A stretch of 64,000 bases of DNA from Deltaproteobacteria bacterium (GCA_040218735.1 JAVJQW010000018.1:96001-160000), one strand, 5' to 3'; positions 8,994 through 19,100 are shown, counted from the first letter of the stretch. Program-made: numbers and translations. Notes: generated by a model not told the origin, from the letters alone.

Positions 8994-10616
8994 GTGACTC
9001 GACTTCGCGCGCTGCCTCTCCTCTTCGTCTTCGCCTGCACCGAGGCCCCGGCGCCCGTCGCGCGGGACGCCGGCGTGCCCGTGGTCAGCGAGGACGCGGG
9101 CTTCGACGCGGGGGTCGTCGTCGACCCGCCCGACGCGGGGTCGCGCGACGCGGGTGCGGCGGGTGAGGACGCTGCGGTGCGCGATGCCGGCCATCCGGAC
9201 GCGGGTTTCGAGCCGGTGGACTGTTCGGCGGTCGACGACGTCGCGGCGTGGACGTTGTGCGCGCAGGACGTGGCGACGTGTGAGGTGCTCTTCGAGGACG
9301 GGGCCGGGTGCCCGGCGGTCTGCGCGGCGCTCGGTTTGGCGTGCGGCGGTGCGTTCGAGAACGTCGAGGGTATGTGCGCCGCGGACTACGAGCGTCCGGC
9401 GCTGTCCTGCACCGAAGCGTCGGGGCACGGGTCGGACTACTGCGTCTGTCGCTCGGCGGAGTGCAACCCAGCTTGCGACGGTCGCTCGTGTGGCCCCGAC
9501 GGATGTGGCGGCTTGTGCGGGACGTGCGCGAGCACCGAGACGTGCGTCGACGGGACGTGCGAGGACGCGGTGCAGGAGGACTGCACGCAGTACCCGTTCT
9601 CCTCGGCGACGCTCTTGAACGAGCTCGTCGGGTTCGGGCGCAGGGCGACCGGCGGCGACCCGTCCCGCGTGTACCACGTGACGACGCTCTCCAACTCGGG
9701 CGCCGGTTCGCTGCGCAACGCGCTCGAGAGCAACGAGCCGTACTGGATCGTCTTCGACGTCGAGGGTCGCATCACTCACCCGACGCGCGTCGACGTGCGC
9801 TCCAACAAGACCATCGACGGTCGCGGCCGTGAGATCACCATCGAGGGCACGCTGCGTCTCGAGGACACACGAAACGTGATCATCTCGGACGTCGCGCTGA
9901 CGAACACGCTGGAGGGCCGGTGCGGTCAGGACGGCGACGTCATCCTCGTGACCGGCGACGGGACGACCGACCCCGCGACGTTCACCTCACGCGACCTGTG
10001 GTTCCATCACCTCGAGCTGTACGACGGCGGCGACGGTCTGTTGGATCTGCGCGGCGCGAGCCGCGTCACGATCTCGTGGAACCACCTGCACACCCACAAG
10101 AAGGCGATGCTCATGTGGCAGAACCAGGACGGTCAGGCGGTCCCCGGGATGCGCGTCACGATGCACCACAACTTCTTCGATCGCACGACGATCCGCGGCC
10201 CGCAGTTCATCTACGGCTGGGCGCACTTCTTCAACAACTACCACTTCGAGTGGTACGAGTACGGCGCGGGCAGCCTGGGCGGCGCGCAGATGGCGAGCGA
10301 GCACAACGTCTACGAAGCGCGCCCCGGCAACGTCTGCATCCCGGCGGCCTGCCCCGACCCCAACCCGTGCGGCGACAACGACCGACTCGTGTCGAAGCGC
10401 GCGCTCGTCACCGACTGGGCCGAGAACGGCGCGGGGGACGCGCGGAGCACGAACGACCTGCTGTTGAACGACGCGGAGGTCGAGACGCGCAACCCGACGC
10501 AGGTCTTCGACCCGGCGGCGATCTATCCGTACGTGCTGGACGTCGCGGACACCACGTTGGCGCAGCGCATCCGCGACGAGGCAGGCCCGCGCGTGGACTA
10601 CTGCCAGGGGCCGTGA
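8994..10616 (+). CDS. pectate lyase-like (PL1) lipoprotein with Cys-rich N-terminal region
   Basis: GFGRRATGG, GSLR, SNKTIDGRG, DGLLD, VTISWN, VTMHHN. CGPDGCGGLCG repeat. Lipobox VFAC. Start 8961 or GTG 8994. Confidence 0.85.
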   Translation: MTRLRALPLLFVFACTEAPAPVARDAGVPVVSEDAGFDAGVVVDPPDAGSRDAGAAGEDAAVRDAGHPDAGFEPVDCSAVDDVAAWTLCAQDVATCEVLFEDGAGCPAVCAALGLACGGAFENVEGMCAADYERPALSCTEASGHGSDYCVCRSAECNPACDGRSCGPDGCGGLCGTCASTETCVDGTCEDAVQEDCTQYPFSSATLLNELVGFGRRATGGDPSRVYHVTTLSNSGAGSLRNALESNEPYWIVFDVEGRITHPTRVDVRSNKTIDGRGREITIEGTLRLEDTRNVIISDVALTNTLEGRCGQDGDVILVTGDGTTDPATFTSRDLWFHHLELYDGGDGLLDLRGASRVTISWNHLHTHKKAMLMWQNQDGQAVPGMRVTMHHNFFDRTTIRGPQFIYGWAHFFNNYHFEWYEYGAGSLGGAQMASEHNVYEARPGNVCIPAACPDPNPCGDNDRLVSKRALVTDWAENGAGDARSTNDLLLNDAEVETRNPTQVFDPAAIYPYVLDVADTTLAQRIRDEAGPRVDYCQGP

Positions 10617-10619
10617 CGG

Positions 10620-11786
10620 CTACATGAAGTTGCGCGTGTGTAGCGACGACAGCTCCGCCGCGCGCTCGGCGTCGTAGCCGATCCGGCGCAGGCGTCGCTG
10701 CCGACCTTCGTCCATCTCCGCGACGAGCCCGAGGACCGCGTCCCACCCGTTTGCGATCGCGTCGGGCGCCCACGAGCCCGCGGCGAGGAGGACGAGCGCG
10801 TCGAACACCTCCTGGTTGAGCCCCGCGGTGTGCGCGAGCGCGTCGTGGCGACGGTGCACGGCGTTGGCCAGGCGATCGAGGAGCGCGGCGTCTTCACGGG
10901 CGTGGCGCTCGAGGTGCGCGATGCCAAACGCCACGTGGCGCGCTTCGTCCTGCGCCGCGAGCCGCATGATCGTCTCGGTCACGGAATCTGGCGCGTGGGC
11001 GTGGAGGAACCAGAGCAACGACAGGAAGCTCCCCTCGCCGAGCACCGAGAGCAGGAACGACGCGAGCTGGAAGTCCGGCTCTTCGACGATCGTCTTCAGC
11101 GATGACTGACCGCCGCTCGTCGAGAGCCCCAGTCGTCTCCGCCGCAGCAGCGCGCGCCGCGTGAACACCTCGACGTGACGTGCTTCGTCCGCCGCGTTGA
11201 TCGCGAGGAGCTGCATCACTTCGCGGAAGTGCGGGTGCACTTGCGACGCGAACCGCGCCGAGATGACCAGCGCCGCCGTCTCGTTCTCGATGAGGTAGGT
11301 GAGGATCTGGACGAGTGCGTCCTCGATCGCGTCCGGGTGCTCGAAGGGGGCCTCCCACGGGATCGCCGTGGCCGGATCCCACTGCGCCGCGACGGCCTGC
11401 GCGTAGATTCGGCCGGCCTCCTCCGTCCACACCTCACTCGCGTTCGTCAGGTTGAAGTGAACCTCGGGCCCGCCCGCTTCGACCGTCGCGCCGCGCGCGG
11501 CGAGGCCCCAGCGCGCCGGAGCCACATCGACGACCGCGTCGGGCGCGCCCGTCGACTCCGCGCCCGACCAACGCGATGAAGCGCCGACCGCGCCCCGCAC
11601 GACGACGCCGTCACCGCGGAAGCCGTGGCCCGCACTTCGGCACCACGCGCGCAGGTGCACGTCGAGCGCGGGGGCGCTGCCGATGACCTGGAGCGCCTCG
11701 CCGGGCGCGAGCCCGGACAGCGCGCGGGCCACCAGCAGGTGGCCACCGCGATCGAGTCCGAGCCCGGCGAGGTCCAGCGTGTTCAC
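10620..11786 (-). CDS. TusA/SirA-like domain fused to ferritin-like di-iron domain
   Basis: N-terminal LDLAGL...GEALQV...LRAWCRSAGH (TusA fold, no CPxP). ENE, DEARH, EG, QDEARH di-iron pattern. Confidence 0.8.
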   Translation of the reverse strand: MNTLDLAGLGLDRGGHLLVARALSGLAPGEALQVIGSAPALDVHLRAWCRSAGHGFRGDGVVVRGAVGASSRWSGAESTGAPDAVVDVAPARWGLAARGATVEAGGPEVHFNLTNASEVWTEEAGRIYAQAVAAQWDPATAIPWEAPFEHPDAIEDALVQILTYLIENETAALVISARFASQVHPHFREVMQLLAINAADEARHVEVFTRRALLRRRRLGLSTSGGQSSLKTIVEEPDFQLASFLLSVLGEGSFLSLLWFLHAHAPDSVTETIMRLAAQDEARHVAFGIAHLERHAREDAALLDRLANAVHRRHDALAHTAGLNQEVFDALVLLAAGSWAPDAIANGWDAVLGLVAEMDEGRQRRLRRIGYDAERAAELSSLHTRNFM

Positions 11787-11799
11787 GGTGCGCGCCCGC

Positions 11800-12624
11800 T
11801 CACGCGAAGGTTCCGAACCGTTCGACGGCGCGCGCGAGCATCGCGTAGCCCTCCGTGCGACCCGGCTTCCAGACCTTGAGACCCTCGAGATCGAGGAGGT
11901 GACGCACCGCCTCGTCCTCGTAGCGCATCGACATCAGCAGCTCCGTGAAGCGTCGAATCGCACCGGCCGGTGCGGAGGACGCGCCCTCGAAGATGGTGAA
12001 GTTGCAGTGGTCGTACGTGTCCGTTTGCAGCAGCACCCGCGTCGCGCCCGCACCGAGTGTGCCTTCCTTCCCGAACAGCAGGTGGTTGCCGTCGATCAGG
12101 CAGACGGCGTCGACCTCTCGGGCCATCAACGCCTTCGCCGCGTCACGTTCTCCGCCGATGTGATCGCCGTGTTTGCCGACGAGCCGATCGAAGCGGCGCA
12201 CTTGGAAGTCCTCGTGCGGCTCCACACCCGCTTCGGCGAGCGCGAGGAGCGGGATGAGCGTGGCCTGCGGAGAGTCACTCGCGCCGACGCCCACCGTCTT
12301 CCCCTTCAGATCTGCGACGCTGCGAATGTCTGAGTCCTCACGCACCACGACGAGGCTCGTCAGATCCTGGTCCGTGTCGCGCATGGCGATCGCCTTCGCG
12401 TTCCGCCCGACGGTCTTGCCCATGCGCTCCGCCTGCAGCCACGCGAGTGGCGAGTTCCAAGCGACGTGGAAGTGTCCGCCCACGTGCGCCTCCACCTGGC
12501 GCTCGTAGTTCGAGTAGAGGACGAAGTCGAAGTCGAGGTCGTTGGCCGCGAACCAAGTCTTGAACCCCTCCCAGATCGTGACGACCTTCGGGTCGTAGGC
12601 GACAGCGCCGAGGAGGAGCGTCAT
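11800..12624 (-). CDS. PhnD/SsuA-family periplasmic-binding-fold protein without signal peptide
   Basis: AWNSPLAW, VVREDSDIRSVADLKGKTVGVGASDS. ATG 12624 overlaps the upstream stop (TGATG). Confidence 0.8.
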   Translation of the reverse strand: MTLLLGAVAYDPKVVTIWEGFKTWFAANDLDFDFVLYSNYERQVEAHVGGHFHVAWNSPLAWLQAERMGKTVGRNAKAIAMRDTDQDLTSLVVVREDSDIRSVADLKGKTVGVGASDSPQATLIPLLALAEAGVEPHEDFQVRRFDRLVGKHGDHIGGERDAAKALMAREVDAVCLIDGNHLLFGKEGTLGAGATRVLLQTDTYDHCNFTIFEGASSAPAGAIRRFTELLMSMRYEDEAVRHLLDLEGLKVWKPGRTEGYAMLARAVERFGTFA

Positions 12625-13742
12625 CAGAACACCTCCATTCCGCAGATCGCCTTGCCGATGAAGTCGTAGAGCTGGTCGGTCGTCGGCGCCATGACCGTCC
12701 CGGCGCGCGCGTCGCGGAAGCGACGCTCCACGCCGACGTCGCGGCGGAAGGCCGCGCCGCCGCACACGCGCATCGCGGTGTCGAGGACGACGGTGGCCGA
12801 CTCCCCCGCGGCCGCTTTGGATTCGAGGACCCGCAGCATGACGTCTTCGCGACCGGTCTCCATCGCGGTGATGGTGTCGTCGACGAGCGTTCGTGTGCGG
12901 TCGGTGTCGATGCGCATGCGCGCGAGGTACGCGCGGATGGTCGGCAGCTCGGCGAGCGCCGAGTCCAGGTGCTCGTAGCGTGTGCCGCCGGCGTGGGCAC
13001 ACGCGGCCTGCGTCGCGCCCTCCATGAGCCCGACGCCGACGCTCGCGGTCATCACGTTGAAGATGGGCAGGACGGTCTCGAGCATGACCTTCAGGCCTGC
13101 GCCGTCCTCGCCGAGGCGATTCGCGGCGGGCACTACCACGCCCTCCGCGACGACCGGGACGGAGTCGTTGCCGCGCAGGCCGAGGCCGTCGAAGCCGCCA
13201 CCGGGCGTGAGGCCCGGCGTGGTGCGCGGCACGAACCAGATCGTGCTGGCGCCTTCTGCTTCGGCGGGGCCGCTCGACCATACGTAGAAGTCGGCGTGGT
13301 TCGCGGAGGTCACCCAGCTCTTCTTGGCGTCGAGCCGAACGTCGTCGCCCTGGCGCTTCGCGGTCGAGACCGGCGCCCAGAAGTGGCTGCGCGAGCCGGA
13401 CTCGGAGAACGCGAGCGTGCCGAGGTGGCCGTCTTCGACGATCGCGCGCCGGTGCGCTTCGGTGCCGAACGCTTCGACGACCGCGGTCGCCGCGTAGTGC
13501 ATGCAGGTGATCATCGCGGTGGAGCCGCACTCGCGCGCGAGGCGCTCCACGACGTGCGCGGCGGCGCGCGGGCCTTCGCCGTGCCCGCCGACCTCCTTTG
13601 CAGAGATGAGCTTCAGGAGTCCGCGCTCGCGGAGCGCATCCACCGCGGCTCGCGGGAACGCTCGGGAGCGGTCAACTTCGGTTGCGTTGTTCGCGACGAC
13701 GGTCGTCGCGATCTCTTCTAGGGTCTGTCGGTAGTCGTACAT
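12624..13742 (-). CDS. acyl-CoA dehydrogenase-fold flavoprotein
   Basis: LAFSE.GS, K.WVTS, GLRG, GG.AF...ERRFRDA. MAPT replaces the usual YEGT. Confidence 0.9.
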   Translation of the reverse strand: MYDYRQTLEEIATTVVANNATEVDRSRAFPRAAVDALRERGLLKLISAKEVGGHGEGPRAAAHVVERLARECGSTAMITCMHYAATAVVEAFGTEAHRRAIVEDGHLGTLAFSESGSRSHFWAPVSTAKRQGDDVRLDAKKSWVTSANHADFYVWSSGPAEAEGASTIWFVPRTTPGLTPGGGFDGLGLRGNDSVPVVAEGVVVPAANRLGEDGAGLKVMLETVLPIFNVMTASVGVGLMEGATQAACAHAGGTRYEHLDSALAELPTIRAYLARMRIDTDRTRTLVDDTITAMETGREDVMLRVLESKAAAGESATVVLDTAMRVCGGAAFRRDVGVERRFRDARAGTVMAPTTDQLYDFIGKAICGMEVF

Positions 13743-13745
13743 CGA

Positions 13746-13874
13746 TCCTCCCCGGTGCGCACACGCGCCCGAGGAGGAGTGCCCCTCAGCGTGCCGCCCG
13801 GTCGAAAGCAGGGTCCGGAACCTCCGGACGCGTCAGAGCTCAAAGGCAAAACATGACGCTGCGGTTCGACCGCA
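13746..13874 (-). promoter_or_regulatory. structured leader with short uORF (MFCL-UGA), SECIS-like hairpin and SD-sequestering stem
   Basis: ATG 13854 TTT TGC CTT TGA. Hairpin GTCCGGA-GGT-TCCGGAC at 13829-13813. Stem TCCTCCTCGG/CCGGGGAGGA covers the SD. Confidence 0.4.
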
Positions 13875-13904
13875 TCCGCGGGCGGCGGTCAAGGGAGCCC
13901 GGGC

Positions 13905-15515
13905 TCAGGCTCGAGCGAGGCCTTCGAAGAGGCGGGCCACGGCCTCGGCGCCGGGGTCGTTGTGTCCGGCGAGCTGCGCTTCGGCGACGTAACTCGCGCG
14001 GCCGGCCTTGGCGCGGGTGATCGTCGCCGTGTGATCGGCCCCCGCGCGCGCCGCGCGCGCAGCGGCGGCGATGCCTTCGGGGAGGGCGTCGAGCGCGGGG
14101 CCCAGCGCGTCGATCATCGTCCGGTCGCCCGGACGTGCGCCGCCGACCTGTTGCATTCGCTCGAACCCCGCCTTCAGCGCGTCGCCGTCGGCCGCAGCAT
14201 CACCCGCGGCGGCGAAGAAGATGGCGAGCAACACGCCGGACGAGCCGCCCATCGCTTGGCTCAACGTGTCCGCCACCGCGCGGTAGAGCGCCGCGCGGTC
14301 GGCGAGCGGGAGGCGGTCGCGCGCTTCGAGGAGCGCCCGCGCCGCCGTGGCCAGCGTCGTGCCGGTGTCGCCGTCGCCGGACTTGGCGTCGAGCGCGTCG
14401 AGGTCCGCCTCGGCGGCGGCGAGGATCTCGCAGCTTCGTGTGATGAGGTCGGCCATCGCTTCGTCGTGGGAGGGGGGCGGCGCCGGCGGCGCGAGCCCCT
14501 CCGGGAGTGGCAGGATCCGAACGGGCTCGACGCGCTGACACCCCGGCCACGCGGGCGGGCTCGCGGGCGCCGCGAGGGCGGCCTCGAGCTCGGCGTCGAC
14601 CGGGAGGAACGAGACGGAGAAGCCGCGCATGTCGAGCGAGGTCATCAACGGCGCAGGCCCGATCATCCACCGGATGCGGTCACCGAGCTTGGATGCGACG
14701 AGCTCTTCGGCCAACACCGCCATCTCCAGCGGCGTCGCGCCGCCGAGGTTGTTGAGGAGGACGGCGTGGGGGCCGTCGCCGACGTGGGGTGTGAGTCGAT
14801 CGACGACGAGCGCGATGGCTTCGCGCGCACCTTCGAAGCGCACCTGCTCGGCGCCGGGCTCGCCGTGGATGCCGAGCCCGAGCTCTGCCATGCCGGCGTC
14901 GATGCGATCCTCGCGCACGGAGCCGGGGACGGTGCAGGTCGTGAGCGACATGCCGATGGAACCGATGCCGTCGACGACACGCTGGGCGGTGGCGCGGATG
15001 GTCTCGAGGTCGGCGCCGCTTGCGGCGAGCGCGCCCGCGATCTTGTGGACGAACAACGTGCCCGCGACGCCGCGCGGTTGGGGGAGGTCGGGGAGCGCGA
15101 CGTCGTCGTCGACGAAGACCATCTCAACCTTCGAACCGAGCGCCCGTGCGCGCTCGGCGGCGAGCCCGAAGTTGAGGCGGTCGCCGGTGTAGTTCTTCAC
15201 GATGAGCAGGCACCCCGCTTCGCCGGTGACCGCCCGGATCGCGGCGAGCACCGCATCGACCGAGGGGGACGCGAAGACCTCGCCACACACGGCGGCGGTG
15301 AGCATCCCTTCACCGACGAAGCCGGCGTGGCTGGGTTCGTGTCCGGAGCCGCCGCCGGAGATCAGCGCGACCTTGGAGGCGTCCCAGTCGGTGCGCACGA
15401 CGACCTTGATGTGCGGGTAGCCGTCGAGGCGGGCGAGGGTGCCGCCCGAAGCGCGGAGCGTGCCGTCGATCGCTTCGGTGACGAGGGTGTCCTTGGTGTT
15501 GATGAACTGCTTCAT
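13905..15515 (-). CDS. dhaK: dihydroxyacetone kinase, fused DhaK-DhaL (DAK1/DAK2)
   Basis: SGGGSGHEP, KNYTGDRLNF, GIHGEPG, GDGDTG, GRASY, DPGA. Start MKQFIN at 15515. Confidence 0.92.
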   Translation of the reverse strand: MKQFINTKDTLVTEAIDGTLRASGGTLARLDGYPHIKVVVRTDWDASKVALISGGGSGHEPSHAGFVGEGMLTAAVCGEVFASPSVDAVLAAIRAVTGEAGCLLIVKNYTGDRLNFGLAAERARALGSKVEMVFVDDDVALPDLPQPRGVAGTLFVHKIAGALAASGADLETIRATAQRVVDGIGSIGMSLTTCTVPGSVREDRIDAGMAELGLGIHGEPGAEQVRFEGAREAIALVVDRLTPHVGDGPHAVLLNNLGGATPLEMAVLAEELVASKLGDRIRWMIGPAPLMTSLDMRGFSVSFLPVDAELEAALAAPASPPAWPGCQRVEPVRILPLPEGLAPPAPPPSHDEAMADLITRSCEILAAAEADLDALDAKSGDGDTGTTLATAARALLEARDRLPLADRAALYRAVADTLSQAMGGSSGVLLAIFFAAAGDAAADGDALKAGFERMQQVGGARPGDRTMIDALGPALDALPEGIAAAARAARAGADHTATITRAKAGRASYVAEAQLAGHNDPGAEAVARLFEGLARA

Positions 15516-15526
15516 GCCGGCCTGGT

Positions 15527-16780
15527 TCAGGCCGCCTCTTCTACCATCACCTCGCTCGGCTCGGACTGCGACAGCATGACGATCGCCCGCGTCGCCACCA
15601 CGCCGGCGATCGCGCCGAACGCGAGCGCCCCGTACAGGTAGCGGTGCCCCGCGGCGCCCGGGAACGTGTCGAGCAGCCACCCCGTGAAGATCGGCATCAC
15701 GATGTCGGGCGTGTAGCCGATGATCGACACGAAGCCGACGGCGGTGCCGGTGAGGTAGACGGGCACGCCGCCCTCCTCGAGGAGCGCGTAGTAGACGCCG
15801 CGCAGCGCGTAGACGGCGATCGCGACGACGGCGATGTCGATCCACAGCAGCCACAGCGCGCTCGCCGCGGTGGGGATTGCGGCCATCGCGCCGTAGGCGA
15901 CGACCAACGTGAGGAAGCCCGCGGTGACCGCGCGGCTCGGCTTGATCTTGTCGGCGAGGAAGCCGGCGGTGATCGCGGCGACCGGGCGGATGAAGTTACG
16001 AGCGTTCGCGAGCTCCGCGCCGAAGGCGTCGGACTGGCCGAATGCGTCCGTCGCAAACGCGGCGATGTCGAACGTGCCCCAGTACGCGAAGTACGCGAAG
16101 AGGATGACCAGCGCGTGTGCCCATACGACGGGCATCTTCGCGACGATGCCGAACTGTTCGAGGCTCACCGCGGTAGAGGCTTCGTCGCCCTTCGGCTCGG
16201 GGATGAAGAACCACGCGAGCACCCCTCCGACGATCGTCGCGACGGAGTAGGTGACGATGACGCCCTGCAGGCCCGCGACGCGGTTGGCGAACTGGCCAAA
16301 GACGAAGATCGCGACGAGCCCGACGCCGCCTTCGATCAGGCCGCGCCCGCCGTCGAGGAAACCGAACGCCTTGCCTTGTTCGTCGGCGGTGCCCCACGCG
16401 CGCGTCGCTTTGATCAGGGCGGCCCAGTACGTGAGGATCGTCGTGACGCCCCACAGCGCGTGGAGCGCGATCAGTATGGGGTAGGGCGGAAGCGCCGCGA
16501 ACGCGAAGCCGGTCGCGCCCGTCACGAGCATCGAGACGGTGAGCAGTTTGCGCGCGGAGACCTTGTCGGCGACCCAGCCGCCGGGCAGGTAGCAGATCAG
16601 CGCGAGCACCCCGAACGACGAGTTGAGCCACCCGAGCTCCTGGTTGGTCACCCCGAGGGCCTCCAACATCGTCGCGTGGAAGGCCTGCCGGAGGTACGGG
16701 AGCGTGTAGATGGTGCCGCCCGTCAGGACGAGGGCGAACATCACGATCCAGCGCCGGTTCGTTCTACCAGACACGGGCAC
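15527..16780 (-). CDS. MFS transporter
   Basis: About 12 hydrophobic segments, GGWVADKVSARK motif A. Adjacent to the DAK gene. Confidence 0.9.
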   Translation of the reverse strand: MPVSGRTNRRWIVMFALVLTGGTIYTLPYLRQAFHATMLEALGVTNQELGWLNSSFGVLALICYLPGGWVADKVSARKLLTVSMLVTGATGFAFAALPPYPILIALHALWGVTTILTYWAALIKATRAWGTADEQGKAFGFLDGGRGLIEGGVGLVAIFVFGQFANRVAGLQGVIVTYSVATIVGGVLAWFFIPEPKGDEASTAVSLEQFGIVAKMPVVWAHALVILFAYFAYWGTFDIAAFATDAFGQSDAFGAELANARNFIRPVAAITAGFLADKIKPSRAVTAGFLTLVVAYGAMAAIPTAASALWLLWIDIAVVAIAVYALRGVYYALLEEGGVPVYLTGTAVGFVSIIGYTPDIVMPIFTGWLLDTFPGAAGHRYLYGALAFGAIAGVVATRAIVMLSQSEPSEVMVEEAA

Positions 16781-16850
16781 GTTCAGGGTTACATGTGGTT
16801 GTCAATCACACCATGGTCGGATCCGCGGACAGGGGATCCCTGGCTTCGAC

Positions 16851-19049
16851 TCAAGCGGCGCGGCGGCACCACGACGCGAGCACGCGGTAGAGCTCGTCGA
16901 GCCGAATGGGCTTCGCGATGTGATCCGACATGCCCGCCGCAAAACAGCGCTCGCGCTCCGCGCCGAGCGCGCTCGCGGTCAACGCGATGATCGGGATGCG
17001 TGCGTAGTGCTCGTCGATCTGCCGAATCGCGATGGTCGCTTCGTAGCCGTCCATGCGCGGCATCTGACAGTCCATGAGGACCGCGTCGTAGCGCTGCTTC
17101 TTCGCGGCCTCGACGGCCTCGGCGCCGTCCTCTGCGATGTCGACGACGACCCCGATCTTCGCGAGGAGCCGCCGCGCGACGAGCTGGTTCACGCCGTTGT
17201 CCTCGGCGACGAGCACTCGGAGGTCGAGCGGAGCGTAGATGGCGGACGTCATCGGCGGAGCGTCTTCACCGACCGCGGCATGCAAGGCACGTTGCAGCTC
17301 GTTCGAGAGCACCGTGCGCCCGAGCGGAATGCCGGCCGCCGTGATGTCCTCGCCGACGCGCGACAAACCGATCAGCGGCACGGGGACGTCGCGACGGCCG
17401 AGTGTGTTCACGGCGCGCACGACGCCCTCGCGCCCGTCGACGAACACGACGTCGGCTTCGCGCGGAACCTCCGAAGGTTTGTTGACGGCGAGGGCCCGCG
17501 CGCCAGACGCGACGAGCCGTCGTGCGATCGGGAGCGCGACGTTCGGTGGGATGTCGACGAACGCGGCGCACCGCACGAGTCGTTCGGGCGGCGGCGGGGC
17601 CTCCGGATCCTCGCAGGGGAGCCGGAGCGTGAAGTGACTCCCGACGCCGAGCTCGCTGCGCACGAAGAGGTCGCCGCCCATCAGCTCGGCGAGTTGCTTG
17701 GAGATCGAGAGGCCGAGCCCCGTCCCGCCGTGGTGTCGGGTCGTCGAGTCGTCCGCCTGTACGAAGGCTTCGAAGAGATCGGCGAGGCGATCCTCCGCGA
17801 TCCCCTTGCCTGTGTCGTAGACCGCGAAGTCGAGCGCCGGTGCATCGTGCGCGACCGAGACCTCGACGTGCACCGCGCCCTCGGTCGTGAACTTGATGCC
17901 GTTGCCGATCAGGTTGAAGAGCACCTGTCGCACGCGCGTCGGATCGCCGATGACGATCGCCGGCACGTCTTCGTGAACGTCGACCGTGACGTCGAGGTTG
18001 CGCCGCGCGCCGGCTTCGCTGAGCAGACGCGTGACGTCCTCGGTGACGTCGCGCGGCGAGAACTCGATGTGCTCTACGCCCATGCGGCCGGCTTCGATCT
18101 TCGAGAAGTCGAGGATGTCGTTGATGACGGAGAGGAGGGTGTTGCCGCTGCTGCGGATGAGGTCCATCGCTTCGCGCTCGCGCGGTTGGAGCGCCGACGG
18201 ATCGATGGACTCGATCATCCCGAGCACGCCGTTCAGCGGGGTTCGGATCTCGTGACTCATGTTCGCGAGGAACCGCGACTTCGTGCGCGACGCTTCGAGC
18301 GCGGCTTCGTGCGCGCGCTCCAACGCTTCCTCGCTGCGTTTGCGTTCGGTGATGTCGGTGATGACGCCGACCAACACACGCTCTTCGTTCGGGAGCTTCG
18401 CGATCGTCTTCTTCGTGAACAGCCAGCGTGTCGCCCCATCGCTGACGGTGATCGGCTCTTCGACCTCGATGCCGACGCCTTGTTCGAACACCTCGTCGTC
18501 CATCCGTACGAAGTGATCGGCTTGGTCCTCCGGGAGGAAGTCGTGATCGCGGTGGCCGAGGATCTCGTTCACCGGGCGTCCGAGCATTGAAGCAAACGCT
18601 TGGTTCGCACCGATCCACCGGTGCTCGCGTTCATCCTTCACGAAGACCGGGTTCGGCAGCGCGTCGAGCACGGTCTCCGCGAGCCCGGGCGACTGGGTCG
18701 TCTGCGTGACCCAACCCGACAGGCGAACGATCGTGTCTCCGTCGCGCTCGACGAGCGCGGTCGCTTCGAAGTGTCGATCGTTGACGCGGAAGCGGAAGAC
18801 GAATCGTGGCGCGTCGTCGGTGGCGAGCTCGGCGAGGGCGTGACGGAGCCGCTCGCGGTCTTCGGGGTGGACCCGCTCGGCGAGTGACGCGGTGTCATCG
18901 GATTCGATCTGCGCGAGCGCGAGGCACGACGGCGACAGGGTCAGGACGTGGCCGTCGAGGCGCCAGTCCCACATCCCCACCGGCGCACTCTCGAGTGCGG
19001 GCTCGAAACGACCCTGGTCGGTCGCGACTTCGATCGCAGGCGCCTTCAT
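16851..19049 (-). CDS. PAS-domain hybrid sensor histidine kinase/response regulator
   Basis: FLANMSHEIRTPLNG, NLIGNGIKFT, DTGKGI, GGTGLGL, receiver LMDCQMP...KP. Confidence 0.95.
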   Translation of the reverse strand: MKAPAIEVATDQGRFEPALESAPVGMWDWRLDGHVLTLSPSCLALAQIESDDTASLAERVHPEDRERLRHALAELATDDAPRFVFRFRVNDRHFEATALVERDGDTIVRLSGWVTQTTQSPGLAETVLDALPNPVFVKDEREHRWIGANQAFASMLGRPVNEILGHRDHDFLPEDQADHFVRMDDEVFEQGVGIEVEEPITVSDGATRWLFTKKTIAKLPNEERVLVGVITDITERKRSEEALERAHEAALEASRTKSRFLANMSHEIRTPLNGVLGMIESIDPSALQPREREAMDLIRSSGNTLLSVINDILDFSKIEAGRMGVEHIEFSPRDVTEDVTRLLSEAGARRNLDVTVDVHEDVPAIVIGDPTRVRQVLFNLIGNGIKFTTEGAVHVEVSVAHDAPALDFAVYDTGKGIAEDRLADLFEAFVQADDSTTRHHGGTGLGLSISKQLAELMGGDLFVRSELGVGSHFTLRLPCEDPEAPPPPERLVRCAAFVDIPPNVALPIARRLVASGARALAVNKPSEVPREADVVFVDGREGVVRAVNTLGRRDVPVPLIGLSRVGEDITAAGIPLGRTVLSNELQRALHAAVGEDAPPMTSAIYAPLDLRVLVAEDNGVNQLVARRLLAKIGVVVDIAEDGAEAVEAAKKQRYDAVLMDCQMPRMDGYEATIAIRQIDEHYARIPIIALTASALGAERERCFAAGMSDHIAKPIRLDELYRVLASWCRRAA

Positions 19050-19100
19050 GCGGAACCGTGAGTGTCGATCCGATCGGCTTTTCCCGCGAGGTCTAAACCC

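Noticed and set aside
13740-13854. uORF as an in-frame selenoprotein extension of the acyl-CoA dehydrogenase
   Set aside because: The two ATGs are 112 nt apart (out of frame) and a second TGA intervenes.
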